This document shows positions 16,436 to 26,570 of a DNA stretch of 64,000 nucleotides, piece by piece. Source of the stretch: a virus (taxonomy: Duplodnaviria; Caudoviricetes); the IMG/VR virus record IMGVR_UViG_3300017922_000003, positions 1,340 through 65,339 of that record; one strand, given 5' to 3'. The notes beneath the pieces were generated by a model. It was not told where the DNA came from, did not search any database, and saw only the letters and a list, made by a program, of their open reading frames with translations. The position numbers were made by a program, and so were the translations under genes. Within the stretch, counting starts at the first letter, position 1, and the number at the start of each line of letters is the position of its first letter.

Positions 16436-17911
16436 ATGGGTCTTTTCGATTTTTTTAAGAGGAATAAAAATAACACCAATGCACAAAAACACAATATTTA
16501 CGATGACGCTGAATTAGAATCTGCCAAGAGGGTAGTTAAGAATGAAAGCGAAAATTGGCAGAAGATGTACGACTACGATACCACCAGCCTTGAGGTTTTT
16601 AAGGCCATCTCTTCAGATTCCACTCTCAGGCAAATTGTTGCCAGATATATAGAGGTTACTCTCAGGCAAGGATTTACCATTAAAAGCGACGACGAGGAGA
16701 TAAACAAAAAGCTTCACAAGAGATTGCTGGAAATAGAGATCGCTTCAGGAAGCAAACTGTACATGATCTTACGCAAGATGATGCATGATCTGATTGCATA
16801 TGGCAACGCTTTTCTTACACTGAAACGCAATGCTGCCAATTCTTCAGGCAAACCATACGTGTTTATTGACGGTTCGAAGCTGGAACCGGTTTCGGCTGTT
16901 TTTCACGTTGACCCTTACAACATGATGGTTTCCAGAAACAAACATGGCAGGATCGTTGGATATCGTCAGGATATCAACATGAACGACTGGAAATATGACT
17001 ACACGTGGTATGCAGATCCAGACAGGGAAATCATTCCCCTTGGTACGGGTGGCAAGAGGTCATCTGGCGTGGTTACGTTTGATCCCAATGATGTAGTGCA
17101 CGTTAAGTATGATGAATCCAATCTTGCTTTTGGCAGGAGTTTCTTGCTGGAAGCCATAGAAGATCTTCTTATCTTAAGACGTATTGAATCCGTTATTACC
17201 CGCATGATCGACGAAGGCGAATTTTACGTAAAGATCTACACGGTTGGAACAAAGGAATCCCCCGGTACGAAAAAACAGACCATGGCTGCCAAAGAGATTA
17301 TAGAGGACAGCGTACCGGAAGAGTTCTTGCTCATACCCGGCAACCACGATATTGACTTCAAAGAAATGTCTTCGCTGAAGGATCTCAAGGAATATGCCGA
17401 ATATTTCAAGAGACGCTACTACGGTGCTCTTGGTGTTTCGCCGGTTTCCATGGGTGAACCCGGAGCAGCCAATAGAGCCACAGCGGACTCTTCTAACGAA
17501 GGTATGTATGACAAAGCAAGAGATTTTCAGATGATTCTTTCCAGCGTTTTGGAATCCACACTGATGACTCATATCGTTATGGATTTGGGTTACTCGCCGG
17601 AAGATCTGGACGAGCATTCCATGCCAAAGGTAGTGTTCCCCGATCCCGACGTAGATAAGGCTATCAAGCTGGAAAACGAGGCAACACATCTATACGAACA
17701 CTTTGCCATAACACGTGAAGAGATGAGACGAAAGTTAGGTATGGAACCAATCGCCGATGATGATAAGGGTACTTACCTGCATCAGGTAAAGATACCGATT
17801 ATAGAGGCCGAGGCTAGAGCCAAAGCCAAAGCTGCCATGGAAAGCGGTTCTGCTGATACAGATAACCGTGTGCAGCCACAGAATCAACATTCTAATGGAG
17901 GTAATGAATGA
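16436..17911 (+). CDS. Portal protein
   Basis: DLIAYGNAFL, DVVHVK...FGRS, LGVSPVSMG...NRAT and ITREEMRRKLGMEP motifs of HK97-like portals; position before the protease; RBS GGTGGTG. Confidence 0.9.
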   Translation: MGLFDFFKRNKNNTNAQKHNIYDDAELESAKRVVKNESENWQKMYDYDTTSLEVFKAISSDSTLRQIVARYIEVTLRQGFTIKSDDEEINKKLHKRLLEIEIASGSKLYMILRKMMHDLIAYGNAFLTLKRNAANSSGKPYVFIDGSKLEPVSAVFHVDPYNMMVSRNKHGRIVGYRQDINMNDWKYDYTWYADPDREIIPLGTGGKRSSGVVTFDPNDVVHVKYDESNLAFGRSFLLEAIEDLLILRRIESVITRMIDEGEFYVKIYTVGTKESPGTKKQTMAAKEIIEDSVPEEFLLIPGNHDIDFKEMSSLKDLKEYAEYFKRRYYGALGVSPVSMGEPGAANRATADSSNEGMYDKARDFQMILSSVLESTLMTHIVMDLGYSPEDLDEHSMPKVVFPDPDVDKAIKLENEATHLYEHFAITREEMRRKLGMEPIADDDKGTYLHQVKIPIIEAEARAKAKAAMESGSADTDNRVQPQNQHSNGGNE

Positions 17912-19428
17912 TGGACAAAGGAAGTTTTGTAACCAACGCCACGTTTATACCGGATAACAAAAACGAAGACTCACAGAACCTGAAAACGTGGATAGTAGCC
18001 ACTCATTCAGATCTTGAGATAAACAATAGAATTTATCCCGGATATGTGATGAAAAGAGAAGTAAAAACTTGGACATCGCCCTATCGCAAACCTGTTTTGG
18101 CTCATCACGACGATAATGCTGATGCCATAGGTAGGGTTTTAGAGGCTTATTACTTTGACAGTGCCGACAAGATGTCTGCTGAAAGACTTATAAATAAGGA
18201 AATAGATGTTCCTGCAGGTGCTTCTGGATTCATTCTTCTCAGAGCAAATATAAGCGATCCCAGGGCAATAGACAAGATTCTTGACGATCGTTATATGACG
18301 GTGAGTATAGGTTTCGCATCACACCGTGCCGTTTGTTCTATATGTGGCAACAACTGGGCAGAAAAACCATGTAAGCACATACCCGGAAGAAAGTACGATG
18401 ACGAAAAGGCTCTCTTGATCATGGAGAGTATGGATTTCAAAGAAATCAGTTTTGTTAACAATCCCGCTGATGTACATGCGCAGGTTGTTATCAAAGAAAA
18501 GGAGGACGCTTCAATGGAGATAGACGCAAACAAAGACAACGTAACTGTAAGTGGCGACGAAATGGAAAAACACGCAGTGAAGATTCCCAAAGCAAAGAAA
18601 TTAAAGGATATGACATTTGAGGAATTCTATCAGGTTGTTTTACAGGAAGACACGGAGGAAGAAAACGAGAAACAAGCTGCATATATAGATGAAGAACAAA
18701 ACAATGAGGAGGACAGCGAAATGGTTTCACAAGAGAAGTTTGAGACTTTACAGAAACGTTTCGATGAGCTCTACGATTTCGTTAAAGGCCTACTTATAGA
18801 CAAGATCATAGAGGCAAAGAAAGCTATGGGTGTTAAGGGCTACGATGACGAAGAGTTTGTTGAAAAAAAGCGTGAGATGTACCTAAAAAGAGATCTTCAG
18901 ATTCTTACCACCATCGTTGACGAATTGAACGAAACGATGTTTGAAGAAGAATGTGAAGAATGCGAGAGCGACGAGAAAACAGAAGAAGATGCACAGGAAG
19001 AAACAAATGAGGAGACAACAACAGATGAGGAAGAAACTACTGAAGCAGACGGCGAAAATGAAGAAAAAGATGCCGAGGAAACAGACAACGAAGAAGAGGT
19101 AGAAACAGATACTGAAGAATCAGAAGAAACAGATGAGGATGCAGAAGAAACGGAAACAGACGAAGAAGAAACAGATAACACCGATGAAGATACGGATAAG
19201 AATGAAGATTCAGATGAAGAAAATGTTTCCGAAGATGACAAAAACGAAGATAGTGAAGAAACCGAAACTGAGACTGACAGCGAAGAAGAGGCGACAAACG
19301 AAGATAAAGAAGACGTTAAAAACGGGGGTATCACTCGTGAAGACCCACCTAGTGTTATGTCTAATGGTGCCACCAGTAAGAAAGTCGAAAATTCACAAGA
19401 TGTCGCAAGACGAAAACTAGGTATTTAA
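17908..19428 (+). CDS. Prohead maturation protease with C-terminal acidic scaffold
   Basis: PVLAHHD..DAIGRV, TVSIG, CSICG..C.HIPG and EISFVNNPAD motifs; very D/E-rich tail. Confidence 0.88.
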   Translation: MMDKGSFVTNATFIPDNKNEDSQNLKTWIVATHSDLEINNRIYPGYVMKREVKTWTSPYRKPVLAHHDDNADAIGRVLEAYYFDSADKMSAERLINKEIDVPAGASGFILLRANISDPRAIDKILDDRYMTVSIGFASHRAVCSICGNNWAEKPCKHIPGRKYDDEKALLIMESMDFKEISFVNNPADVHAQVVIKEKEDASMEIDANKDNVTVSGDEMEKHAVKIPKAKKLKDMTFEEFYQVVLQEDTEEENEKQAAYIDEEQNNEEDSEMVSQEKFETLQKRFDELYDFVKGLLIDKIIEAKKAMGVKGYDDEEFVEKKREMYLKRDLQILTTIVDELNETMFEEECEECESDEKTEEDAQEETNEETTTDEEETTEADGENEEKDAEETDNEEEVETDTEESEETDEDAEETETDEEETDNTDEDTDKNEDSDEENVSEDDKNEDSEETETETDSEEEATNEDKEDVKNGGITREDPPSVMSNGATSKKVENSQDVARRKLGI

Positions 19429-19445
19429 ACAGGAGGTAAGAGAAG

Positions 19446-20519
19446 ATGCCTAAGAAAGTATTTGGAGCAAAGATAAATAAGATGAAAGAGTATTCTGATG
19501 GCGATCGCATAGGCGGAGGTTTGAAATTTAGGCCCGCTCCATATCTCCCCATTATAACAATGGACAAACAAACAGATATGGGCATCGTCATCAAGAAAGG
19601 TACCATCGTTTCACTCGACTCCAACGGATATATTGTTCCAGCCAATGGCGGAACTGCTCAGGATGTTCTTTATTCATCCACAGATATCGAAGAAGGCGTT
19701 ATTGACCTTGATTCATTTGGTGCAACAAATGACGCGGTTGCTGCAACAGGAGATTGTGGATCGGACATTCCAGCAAACACACCGATTGGAGTCGCACAAT
19801 ACGACATGTTCCAGTGGGACATGGAAGCAGATCCTTGGTACCAGATTCAAAGAAATGTAGCCATTTTGGAAGACAGAATGGTTCTCTACGCATTGGGTAC
19901 ATACAACAACATCTTCAATCAGAACGGAACAGTAGATTATTCAGGTTACACATATTCTCCAGGACATTGGGTAGTTCCTGATGGAAACGGTTATCCCGTT
20001 CCAATAACAGCAGATTCACTTGCTGCAACAGTTACAGTAACCAACCCAAAACCACAGATGGTAACGGAAACGGTAACCCTTTCAGGAGATCCTGTTGACA
20101 TTGAAGCATGTACAGCAATCCCCGCACTTGTAGAAGGCGAATATCCTGAATCAGGTTATGTCGGAACATTCATGCTCGTTTCCGGTACAAACACTGTCTA
20201 TTTAGGTTCTGTAGATGCAGACAGAAACGTAGATGTTGGCGGAGCCTCAGCTGCAGATTATACGCTTGTTTACTGGACATCAGATGTTGACACAGCAATA
20301 GAATCAGTCGAATCAGATGTTGAAGGCGTACTTAACCAGCTCGTAGGTAGAGTTGTAAGACATGTTGACCTTTCCGGTGACGATTCAGACATGATTTCTG
20401 GTTTTGACAAAGTCATACCAGTTCCCGGACTTGGATTACCAGGAACAGAAACAGACGGTTACGGAGACGGCGTAGATGCAACAACAGGAGAAGGAGTAGT
20501 AATACAGCTCCAATTTTAA
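19446..20519 (+). CDS. Head decoration / capsid-stabilising protein
   Basis: Lies between protease and MCP; IKKGTIVSLD..GYIVPANGG...PIGVA pattern; RBS AGGAGGT. Confidence 0.65.
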   Translation: MPKKVFGAKINKMKEYSDGDRIGGGLKFRPAPYLPIITMDKQTDMGIVIKKGTIVSLDSNGYIVPANGGTAQDVLYSSTDIEEGVIDLDSFGATNDAVAATGDCGSDIPANTPIGVAQYDMFQWDMEADPWYQIQRNVAILEDRMVLYALGTYNNIFNQNGTVDYSGYTYSPGHWVVPDGNGYPVPITADSLAATVTVTNPKPQMVTETVTLSGDPVDIEACTAIPALVEGEYPESGYVGTFMLVSGTNTVYLGSVDADRNVDVGGASAADYTLVYWTSDVDTAIESVESDVEGVLNQLVGRVVRHVDLSGDDSDMISGFDKVIPVPGLGLPGTETDGYGDGVDATTGEGVVIQLQF

Positions 20520-20575
20520 TCAGTGAAGAATTTAACACCGCAAGGTAGATTATCACGCACGAAGGAGGAAAAGCG

Positions 20576-21823
20576 ATGCCTAACAAAGTAAATAACGCGT
20601 ACAGACAATTTAAGGATTTTGTCGCTGAAGAGGCATATAAAAACATAAATTTAGATAAGCTTGAAGAATTTTATAAACAATTGGGCGTTGAAGATTTTGA
20701 CAAATTTCTCGAAAGGGATACAAAAGCCGAACTGGTCAGAAACATTATAGAGAACAACGGTTATGTCAGTATGGATCATGCACAATTCGATTCAGAAGGC
20801 AACAAGAAAATAATGTTCAAAGACCTTGTTGGTATGCCCGATTTCTCTTCAGTATTTCCAACCACAGTTACCAAGATGGTAATAGAAGCAACAGAACCAT
20901 CTGTAACGCTAACTCCTATGTTAGAGCAAGTTCCATTTAAGGGCATCAGTACAAGATTACCAGCAATTACAGGTGATGCATGGAACTTCGATATAGCAGA
21001 AGGAGACGAACCACCCGAGTTAACAGCGAAACTCGGTGCTTGGAAACAGGTCACCATGGGAAAATCAGGTGTGGCTGTCCAGCTAACCGACGAAGCACAG
21101 AAATATTCCAATTACCCTGTTATGAACTTCCTTATAACAGAAGCAGGAAAAGCACTCAAGAGATGGAAGGAATACAAGGTAGCCCAGATGCTCAACTCAA
21201 CATCAAACAACACCGTTACAAGCGGTTCCGGACTAGACGCAAGCGGCTCTGATAACGACTCACTCACATTTGACGATCTCGTAGATGCCATGGTAGCCAT
21301 TATAAACAACGGAGCCAATCCAAATCTTATAATCATGCACCCACTTGCATTCTCAATATTCTTAAGAAACCCATCATTGAGAGCATTCTTCTTGCTTACA
21401 GGCGGAAGACAGGGCGATGTTATAAATTGGCAAGGGCCACAGTTCCAGAAGACTTTTGAACAGTTAGGAACATGGGAACAGAAACCTGCACAGGGTCAGC
21501 AGGTAAGCAAGATAAACTTCCCATCTGGAATATTCGGAAGACCGATGTCAATAGTTCTCTCAAACTACATGAGCTTCAATACATCAACTGACGCAACAGA
21601 AATTATAGTCGCAGATTCAGAAGAACTTGGATATCTCATGGTTGACGAACTTCCAACAGCTGAAAAAATGAGAGACGGCAAACATGGTATTGACAGATTC
21701 CAGATCATCGAACGCTATACCGTAACGCCTAAGAACGATTACAAAGGCGTAGAGCTTATGAGCGGTATTAAGGCTGTTAAGGGTTACGATCCAATAGCAA
21801 CACTTGATCTTAGCTCAGCTTAA
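20576..21823 (+). CDS. Major capsid protein (HK97 fold)
   Basis: IAEGDEPPE, KSGVAVQLTDE, LTFDDLVDA...PNLIIMHP pattern; 415 aa; RBS AAGGAGG; followed by a terminator. Confidence 0.88.
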   Translation: MPNKVNNAYRQFKDFVAEEAYKNINLDKLEEFYKQLGVEDFDKFLERDTKAELVRNIIENNGYVSMDHAQFDSEGNKKIMFKDLVGMPDFSSVFPTTVTKMVIEATEPSVTLTPMLEQVPFKGISTRLPAITGDAWNFDIAEGDEPPELTAKLGAWKQVTMGKSGVAVQLTDEAQKYSNYPVMNFLITEAGKALKRWKEYKVAQMLNSTSNNTVTSGSGLDASGSDNDSLTFDDLVDAMVAIINNGANPNLIIMHPLAFSIFLRNPSLRAFFLLTGGRQGDVINWQGPQFQKTFEQLGTWEQKPAQGQQVSKINFPSGIFGRPMSIVLSNYMSFNTSTDATEIIVADSEELGYLMVDELPTAEKMRDGKHGIDRFQIIERYTVTPKNDYKGVELMSGIKAVKGYDPIATLDLSSA

Positions 21824-21858
21824 TAGATAACCCATCCACATAGCACTTTCCTACATTA

Positions 21859-21885
21859 GGCCGCTCTAAACGGGCGGCCCTTTTT
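21859..21885 (+). terminator. Intrinsic terminator after the MCP gene
   Basis: GGCCGCTC-TAAAC-GGGCGGCC then CTTTTT. Confidence 0.8.
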
Positions 21886-21887
21886 AT

Positions 21888-21962
21888 GCCAGTGTAGCTC
21901 AACGGAAGAGCAGCTGATTTGTAATCAGCAGGTTGGGGGTTCAAATCCCTTCGCTGGCCCCA
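21888..21962 (+). tRNA. trnT: tRNA-Thr (anticodon UGU) with encoded CCA
   Basis: Acceptor GCCAGTG/CGCTGGC, D arm GCTC/GAGC, anticodon arm GCTGA-TTTGTAA-TCAGC, T loop TTCAAAT, CCA at 21960-21962. Confidence 0.95.
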
Positions 21963-21970
21963 GAATCACG

Positions 21971-21988
21971 AGGGCATATGCCCTTTTT
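21971..21988 (+). terminator. Possible terminator after the tRNA
   Basis: AGGGCATATGCCCT palindrome followed by a T run. Confidence 0.5.
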
Positions 21989-22070
21989 ACAGGACATATA
22001 CCAGCCGGTTATCTTCACTTCGGGCCGTGAGCACCGGAGAACGGAGAGCCGGCATTTTTATTTATTTGGC

Positions 22071-22081
22071 TGTTATTTCTA
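22071..22081 (+). promoter_or_regulatory. Late promoter motif TGTTATTTCTA (neck-sheath-tube operon)
   Basis: Exact motif directly upstream of the 390-aa gene. Confidence 0.8.
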
Positions 22082-22089
22082 TTTAGGGA

Positions 22090-23262
22090 GTGAGAATAAT
22101 GCAGATAAATTCGGTATATCCGTCTAGTGGTGCGACCAATATAAGCAGGATGGTTACGATAGAAGTTGAGTTTGATATGGCTGTGGACACGACCACAGTT
22201 AGCGATGCCAATGTATTACTTCAGGAAAGTGGCACAGGTTCGGCCATAGCCTCTACCATAAGTTTTTCTAATGATGAAACAATTATGTACGTCAAGCCAG
22301 ACCTTGCCCTTGACCCGGAAACAACCTACACATTCAAGGTAGTTGCAACCGATTATATGACCGGTCAGACTATAACGTCTCAGACCAGCAGTGCTCTTAC
22401 CAGCGACTGGATATCGCGCTTCACAACAACCTCTACATCTTCAGCAGACGAATCAGGACCTCTTTCGGATGAAGATCCCATGTATTCGGATATTGTTGCA
22501 CCTGAAGGTTATATAGGCAAATTGCGTTTTATGAGCGCATTTCCCAGACACGCAGTTGTGTTCGGCACGGAGATAAAACTCGAGTTTTCTAAGAAACTTG
22601 ATCCCACACAGGCATTCAGTTCGTTAATTGATATACAGCATGCATCTCTTATAGACGGCGAGATGTTTGATTTTACGCCCAGTTATTCAGTTAATGAAAA
22701 CGTGCTTACCATAAATTTTGATTCCCTCAGGGGAAACTGCTATGTGAGTATTTACGTCAGTCAGGGTCTTGAAGCAGATGATGGTAATACGCTCAGCGAA
22801 CCTGTAGAAGTAGACTACTTCACTCGCATATATCCTACGTTTTTCCAGACACGGGCCATTTATTTGAGGCTTGGCAATCTTCGCAGTTTGATTATGGAGA
22901 AAGACGTTTACATGGCTTTGTTTGACGCAATAATAAGGCTTGAGAATTTGGCAGGTAAGCAGATACTGGACAACACCAGCGCAAATATTACGCAAACAGA
23001 TAGATCCTATGTTGTTGATAGAGCCATGCTTACGCTTTACGAAAATGTTATAGCTGCCAAAGAAGCTCAATCCGGAGATTCTATGAGTGTTGGTTCTTTC
23101 AGGGTAGACATAGGTCCTTCCAAAACATCCATGGTTGAGTATCTCAACAAGAAGGTTAAGAGCGAGGAACGTTCCATTGAAGCCGATTCAACACTTGATT
23201 ATGCTAGAAGATCAGCAAACAGAACGATACTGTTCTCCCGTGACTGGAGGACCGTACAATGA
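22090..23262 (+). CDS. Ig-like (Big_5-type) domain protein with probable C-terminal head-tail adaptor domain
   Basis: VYPSSGATNI...IEVEFD..VD...YVKPD.ALDPETTYTFKV, a second Ig-like repeat, then a helical region with SMSVGSFRV; first gene after the MCP. Confidence 0.7.
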   Translation: MRIMQINSVYPSSGATNISRMVTIEVEFDMAVDTTTVSDANVLLQESGTGSAIASTISFSNDETIMYVKPDLALDPETTYTFKVVATDYMTGQTITSQTSSALTSDWISRFTTTSTSSADESGPLSDEDPMYSDIVAPEGYIGKLRFMSAFPRHAVVFGTEIKLEFSKKLDPTQAFSSLIDIQHASLIDGEMFDFTPSYSVNENVLTINFDSLRGNCYVSIYVSQGLEADDGNTLSEPVEVDYFTRIYPTFFQTRAIYLRLGNLRSLIMEKDVYMALFDAIIRLENLAGKQILDNTSANITQTDRSYVVDRAMLTLYENVIAAKEAQSGDSMSVGSFRVDIGPSKTSMVEYLNKKVKSEERSIEADSTLDYARRSANRTILFSRDWRTVQ

Positions 23263-23666
23263 ACGAACCAATTTTAAAAAGGTTAAAAAAAGCAATTGAG
23301 GACTATGGTAACGACTACATATTGCGTCACCGAACTGACACCGGTCCTAGAGATATTATTTTCAGGGGTATAAACGATCTAATTACTCCACAACGTTCAC
23401 TTGCGGATGCATTGAAATATTTCAATCTGGGTTCTAACAAAGACGTTTCCATACGTTTTTATATTGACCCATACAGCTTAGATGCTGCTCCACAAGAAAA
23501 AGACATAATCTTCGATGTTAACAGAGGCCCGGATGGAATAACTGTGCCTATACAGGTTAGAGAGGCTTACAGAATAAATCACGTGGGGTATGTGGAAATC
23601 GATAATACCCTGTTATTTCTAGAACTGGTCTGTAACAGAGAGGAGATGGGATCTTGGAACAGGTAA
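23259..23666 (+). CDS. Probable head-closure (stopper) protein
   Basis: 135 aa, synteny, beta-rich P..KD.I pattern. Confidence 0.55.
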   Translation: MNEPILKRLKKAIEDYGNDYILRHRTDTGPRDIIFRGINDLITPQRSLADALKYFNLGSNKDVSIRFYIDPYSLDAAPQEKDIIFDVNRGPDGITVPIQVREAYRINHVGYVEIDNTLLFLELVCNREEMGSWNR

Positions 23667-24226
23667 ACGCAAACAGTTATGACCTAAATATTATATATCC
23701 CGTCATTGAGGAAAATTTCTCCGATTACTGTTCAGAAAACGTAAATGTCGTTCCCTACAAACCATACAACGAGTTTTCCGAGATGATAGCAAAAGGTCCT
23801 ATTTTGACATACAGACTATACGAGAGAAAGTTAGCGTCTTTAGACAGCGACCCTCTTACTGGTGGCACGTTTACGAACCCGATTTTACTCGAAGAGGATT
23901 TTGATCAATACCGGTTTTCGTGCAAAACAAGCAGATATGTATTTTACGACAACCTTTTAGAATTCACAATCGGTTCGACAAACGCAGGAATGAGGGACCT
24001 TGTTAGAGATGAGTTTGAAGACTTCATGCTGGTGGCGTCGGTCAATTTACGAGAGGCCGGCATTAAGCAGATCTATCTATGGGAGCATCAGCCTGACGAT
24101 TCGATAGATGTTGATGGCACTAACACTTACATTTCAACAGTCAGGTATTTTGCAAGAACACGCAAAGAAATAACAGCTTCCGAAGGATTGCTTAAGAGCA
24201 TAGAAGTTAGCGTAACAGTTGATTAA
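23654..24226 (+). CDS. Probable tail terminator/completion protein
   Basis: 190 aa, directly before the sheath gene. Confidence 0.55.
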   Translation: MEQVNANSYDLNIIYPVIEENFSDYCSENVNVVPYKPYNEFSEMIAKGPILTYRLYERKLASLDSDPLTGGTFTNPILLEEDFDQYRFSCKTSRYVFYDNLLEFTIGSTNAGMRDLVRDEFEDFMLVASVNLREAGIKQIYLWEHQPDDSIDVDGTNTYISTVRYFARTRKEITASEGLLKSIEVSVTVD

Positions 24227-24240
24227 AGGAGGAAAAATCA

Positions 24241-25860
24241 ATGACTAAGTATCCAAACTTACCCGGCGTTGAAGAGTACGTCTACGACGGTGGGGCAAGG
24301 GTTTACATAAACAACTCTCTTCCAGTGGCTCTGGTGTTTGGAACTGTAACCAGCGATTCGTTTGACGATGGAACGCCCATTAGATTCAACGAACCCTATC
24401 CAATCCCAAACAGTTCAGCGATAACCGCACTGTTCTCTGCACAATCATTAGGCAAAGCACTTGGCGATGTTTACAAAGGTTCCAACCAAACAGTTACGCC
24501 TGTTGGCGTCAGAGTGGGTTACAAATCAACAGAATTTGATGCAACCACGGTTGCAAAGAGTGGAACAGATGATTCTGAAATAGCCAGTCCCGGTGCGACA
24601 GGCGCTGTTAGTGCAATAAACACTGAATATACAGGTGATTGGAATGGTACGGTAAGACTCGATGTACTCACCGATCAGACAGCAGCAGATTCGTTGGCCG
24701 GACTCACGATAGGCGTTTCATTTGACGGTGGAAACACTTATGAGTACGGGCTGGAAGAAGTTGAAGTGACAGATGAAAACAATACAATAAGCATACCTTC
24801 CATAGGTTTAGAAGTTGCATTGACCGCAGGAGCAGTTGAAGACACAGCACTATCAGCAGGCGATTACATAACATTTGACGTCACATACGGTTCAACACCC
24901 GCAAATAACGATGAACTTTATGCTGCGCTTCAGGATGCATACGATGCAGTTGAAGGCTACGAAGCAGATTACGTATTCTCACCACTGGCCAAACTTGGCA
25001 TGGAAGTATCAGACGCTACAACAGCAGCCCCAAGTGGTTCTGTTGATAACGGAGAGGACGCTGCAGATCTTAGCTTTGTTTACCAGTTTGCGAGATTTGC
25101 ATATGACAATTCCACAATGAGCAGACAGTGCATCGGTTTTGTCGGTGTGGAGACACCAACCAACTATGGAAGAAGCTACATAAAGACATGGGTAGATGGA
25201 CTTACATTACCCGATCTTTACAAAACAGATACAGATACCATGAGCGGCGAAGCTCTAACCGATCCTGAAGGTTCTTACATCGACATGGGCAAAAACGTTG
25301 TCGTTGTTCTGGGACACGGACAGGTACAGGGCAGAGACGGACTTGACGATCTTTGTAATTATGCTGGCGGAGTTATTGCGTCTGTTGGTGTAGGACAGGG
25401 AATCGTTAAAACTATATTGCCTCAATGCTCACTGGCCTACGATCTCAGCCTTAACGAAGCAAACACTGCAGTTGGAAACAGAATAACACCACTTTACTAC
25501 GACAATCTAGTTGGCGGAAACGTAAGGATCATGGTAGGCAGAACAGCCGCTAAATCTTCAAGTTCCTTCACCAAAGTCGGAACCATGAAGGTAGTTAACT
25601 ACACCTTGAACGCAATGAGAAGAATAGCCGAGAGATATCTGGGTAAACGTAATAGTGCGATAAACAGAGAATCGATGAAGACACAGATGCAGACAGTTAT
25701 TGTCAACGGCGTTGAAAGCGGACTTTATGCCGGCGGAACTATAAACGTGAACGTAGGCACAGCCAGATCTCTTGGAACGGTAAACGTAAGATGCGTTCTC
25801 AGGCCATACGCAGAAATCGAAGACGTAGTGATCTACTCTACCTTCGAACAGGTAGTATAA
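24241..25860 (+). CDS. Contractile tail sheath protein
   Basis: N-terminal YPNLPGV...DG; C-terminal RRIAERYLGKRN and V.V...LRPYAEIEDV motifs; 539 aa. Confidence 0.9.
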   Translation: MTKYPNLPGVEEYVYDGGARVYINNSLPVALVFGTVTSDSFDDGTPIRFNEPYPIPNSSAITALFSAQSLGKALGDVYKGSNQTVTPVGVRVGYKSTEFDATTVAKSGTDDSEIASPGATGAVSAINTEYTGDWNGTVRLDVLTDQTAADSLAGLTIGVSFDGGNTYEYGLEEVEVTDENNTISIPSIGLEVALTAGAVEDTALSAGDYITFDVTYGSTPANNDELYAALQDAYDAVEGYEADYVFSPLAKLGMEVSDATTAAPSGSVDNGEDAADLSFVYQFARFAYDNSTMSRQCIGFVGVETPTNYGRSYIKTWVDGLTLPDLYKTDTDTMSGEALTDPEGSYIDMGKNVVVVLGHGQVQGRDGLDDLCNYAGGVIASVGVGQGIVKTILPQCSLAYDLSLNEANTAVGNRITPLYYDNLVGGNVRIMVGRTAAKSSSSFTKVGTMKVVNYTLNAMRRIAERYLGKRNSAINRESMKTQMQTVIVNGVESGLYAGGTINVNVGTARSLGTVNVRCVLRPYAEIEDVVIYSTFEQVV

Positions 25861-25873
25861 GGAGTGATTGCGA

Positions 25874-26494
25874 ATGCCTATAACTGACAATTGGAAAGAT
25901 TCTTCGACCATCACAGGTAGTGATATTTATGTTGCTGTTGGAGACGTTGTAATAGGAACCGGTACCGGTTTGGTTTTGGATGTAACAAGAGATAAGAGAC
26001 CGGCTTACACATTTGGTTCTGTTGATCCAAGAGCCATAGGTAGAGGCGTACGACAGATCACAGGTATGATGAATGCGGTTAACATAAAAACCAGTGTAGT
26101 CTTTGAAATAATGTCTCAGACAAATGAAACGATATCCATGCTTGTAGAAAAAGATGAAGTTGAAGAAGGATCTACAGAAAAACTTAGCAGAGGATTTCAA
26201 GATTACAAACTTGATGGTAGTTGGCAACCTAGAGAGTATGGAGGCCACTGGCTTTCTGCAGATGTAAAACCCATCTTATTGGACGAACTGCCGCCTGTTA
26301 ATTTAGTTCTCATAGGAATGAATGAGGCAGGATTAAGTACCAAGATGGCAGTTAACGGTGTTGAATTTACATCCGTACAGTGGGCCATAACAATGGATGA
26401 TGTAGCCAGCGCAGAAAGAGTTTCATTCATCGCTAGATCTTACCAACCTCTAGCACTTACAGACGGAGAAGATTACGGACCAGATTACTTATAA
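25874..26494 (+). CDS. Tail tube protein
   Basis: Follows the sheath; GSDI, RDKRPAYTFGSVDPRAIGRGVRQITG, LDELPP and NGVEF motifs; RBS AAGGAG before ATG at 25874. Confidence 0.75.
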   Translation: MPITDNWKDSSTITGSDIYVAVGDVVIGTGTGLVLDVTRDKRPAYTFGSVDPRAIGRGVRQITGMMNAVNIKTSVVFEIMSQTNETISMLVEKDEVEEGSTEKLSRGFQDYKLDGSWQPREYGGHWLSADVKPILLDELPPVNLVLIGMNEAGLSTKMAVNGVEFTSVQWAITMDDVASAERVSFIARSYQPLALTDGEDYGPDYL

Positions 26495-26513
26495 CATTTA
26501 AATAAAACCAATT

Positions 26514-26536
26514 GAGCCCCTTAGGGGGCTCTTTTT
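26514..26536 (+). terminator. Intrinsic terminator after the tube gene
   Basis: GAGCCCC-TTAG-GGGGCTC-TTTTT. Confidence 0.85.
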
Positions 26537-26542
26537 CATTGC

Positions 26543-26560
26543 TGTTATTTCTACTCTGAG
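26543..26560 (+). promoter_or_regulatory. Late promoter motif TGTTATTTCTA-N4-GAG
   Basis: Exact motif 6 nt after the terminator. Confidence 0.8.
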
Positions 26561-26570
26561 GTGAATAGCC

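Noticed and set aside
21933-22127. 64-aa ORF after the capsid gene
   Set aside because: It overlaps the tRNA, terminator and late promoter and has no RBS.
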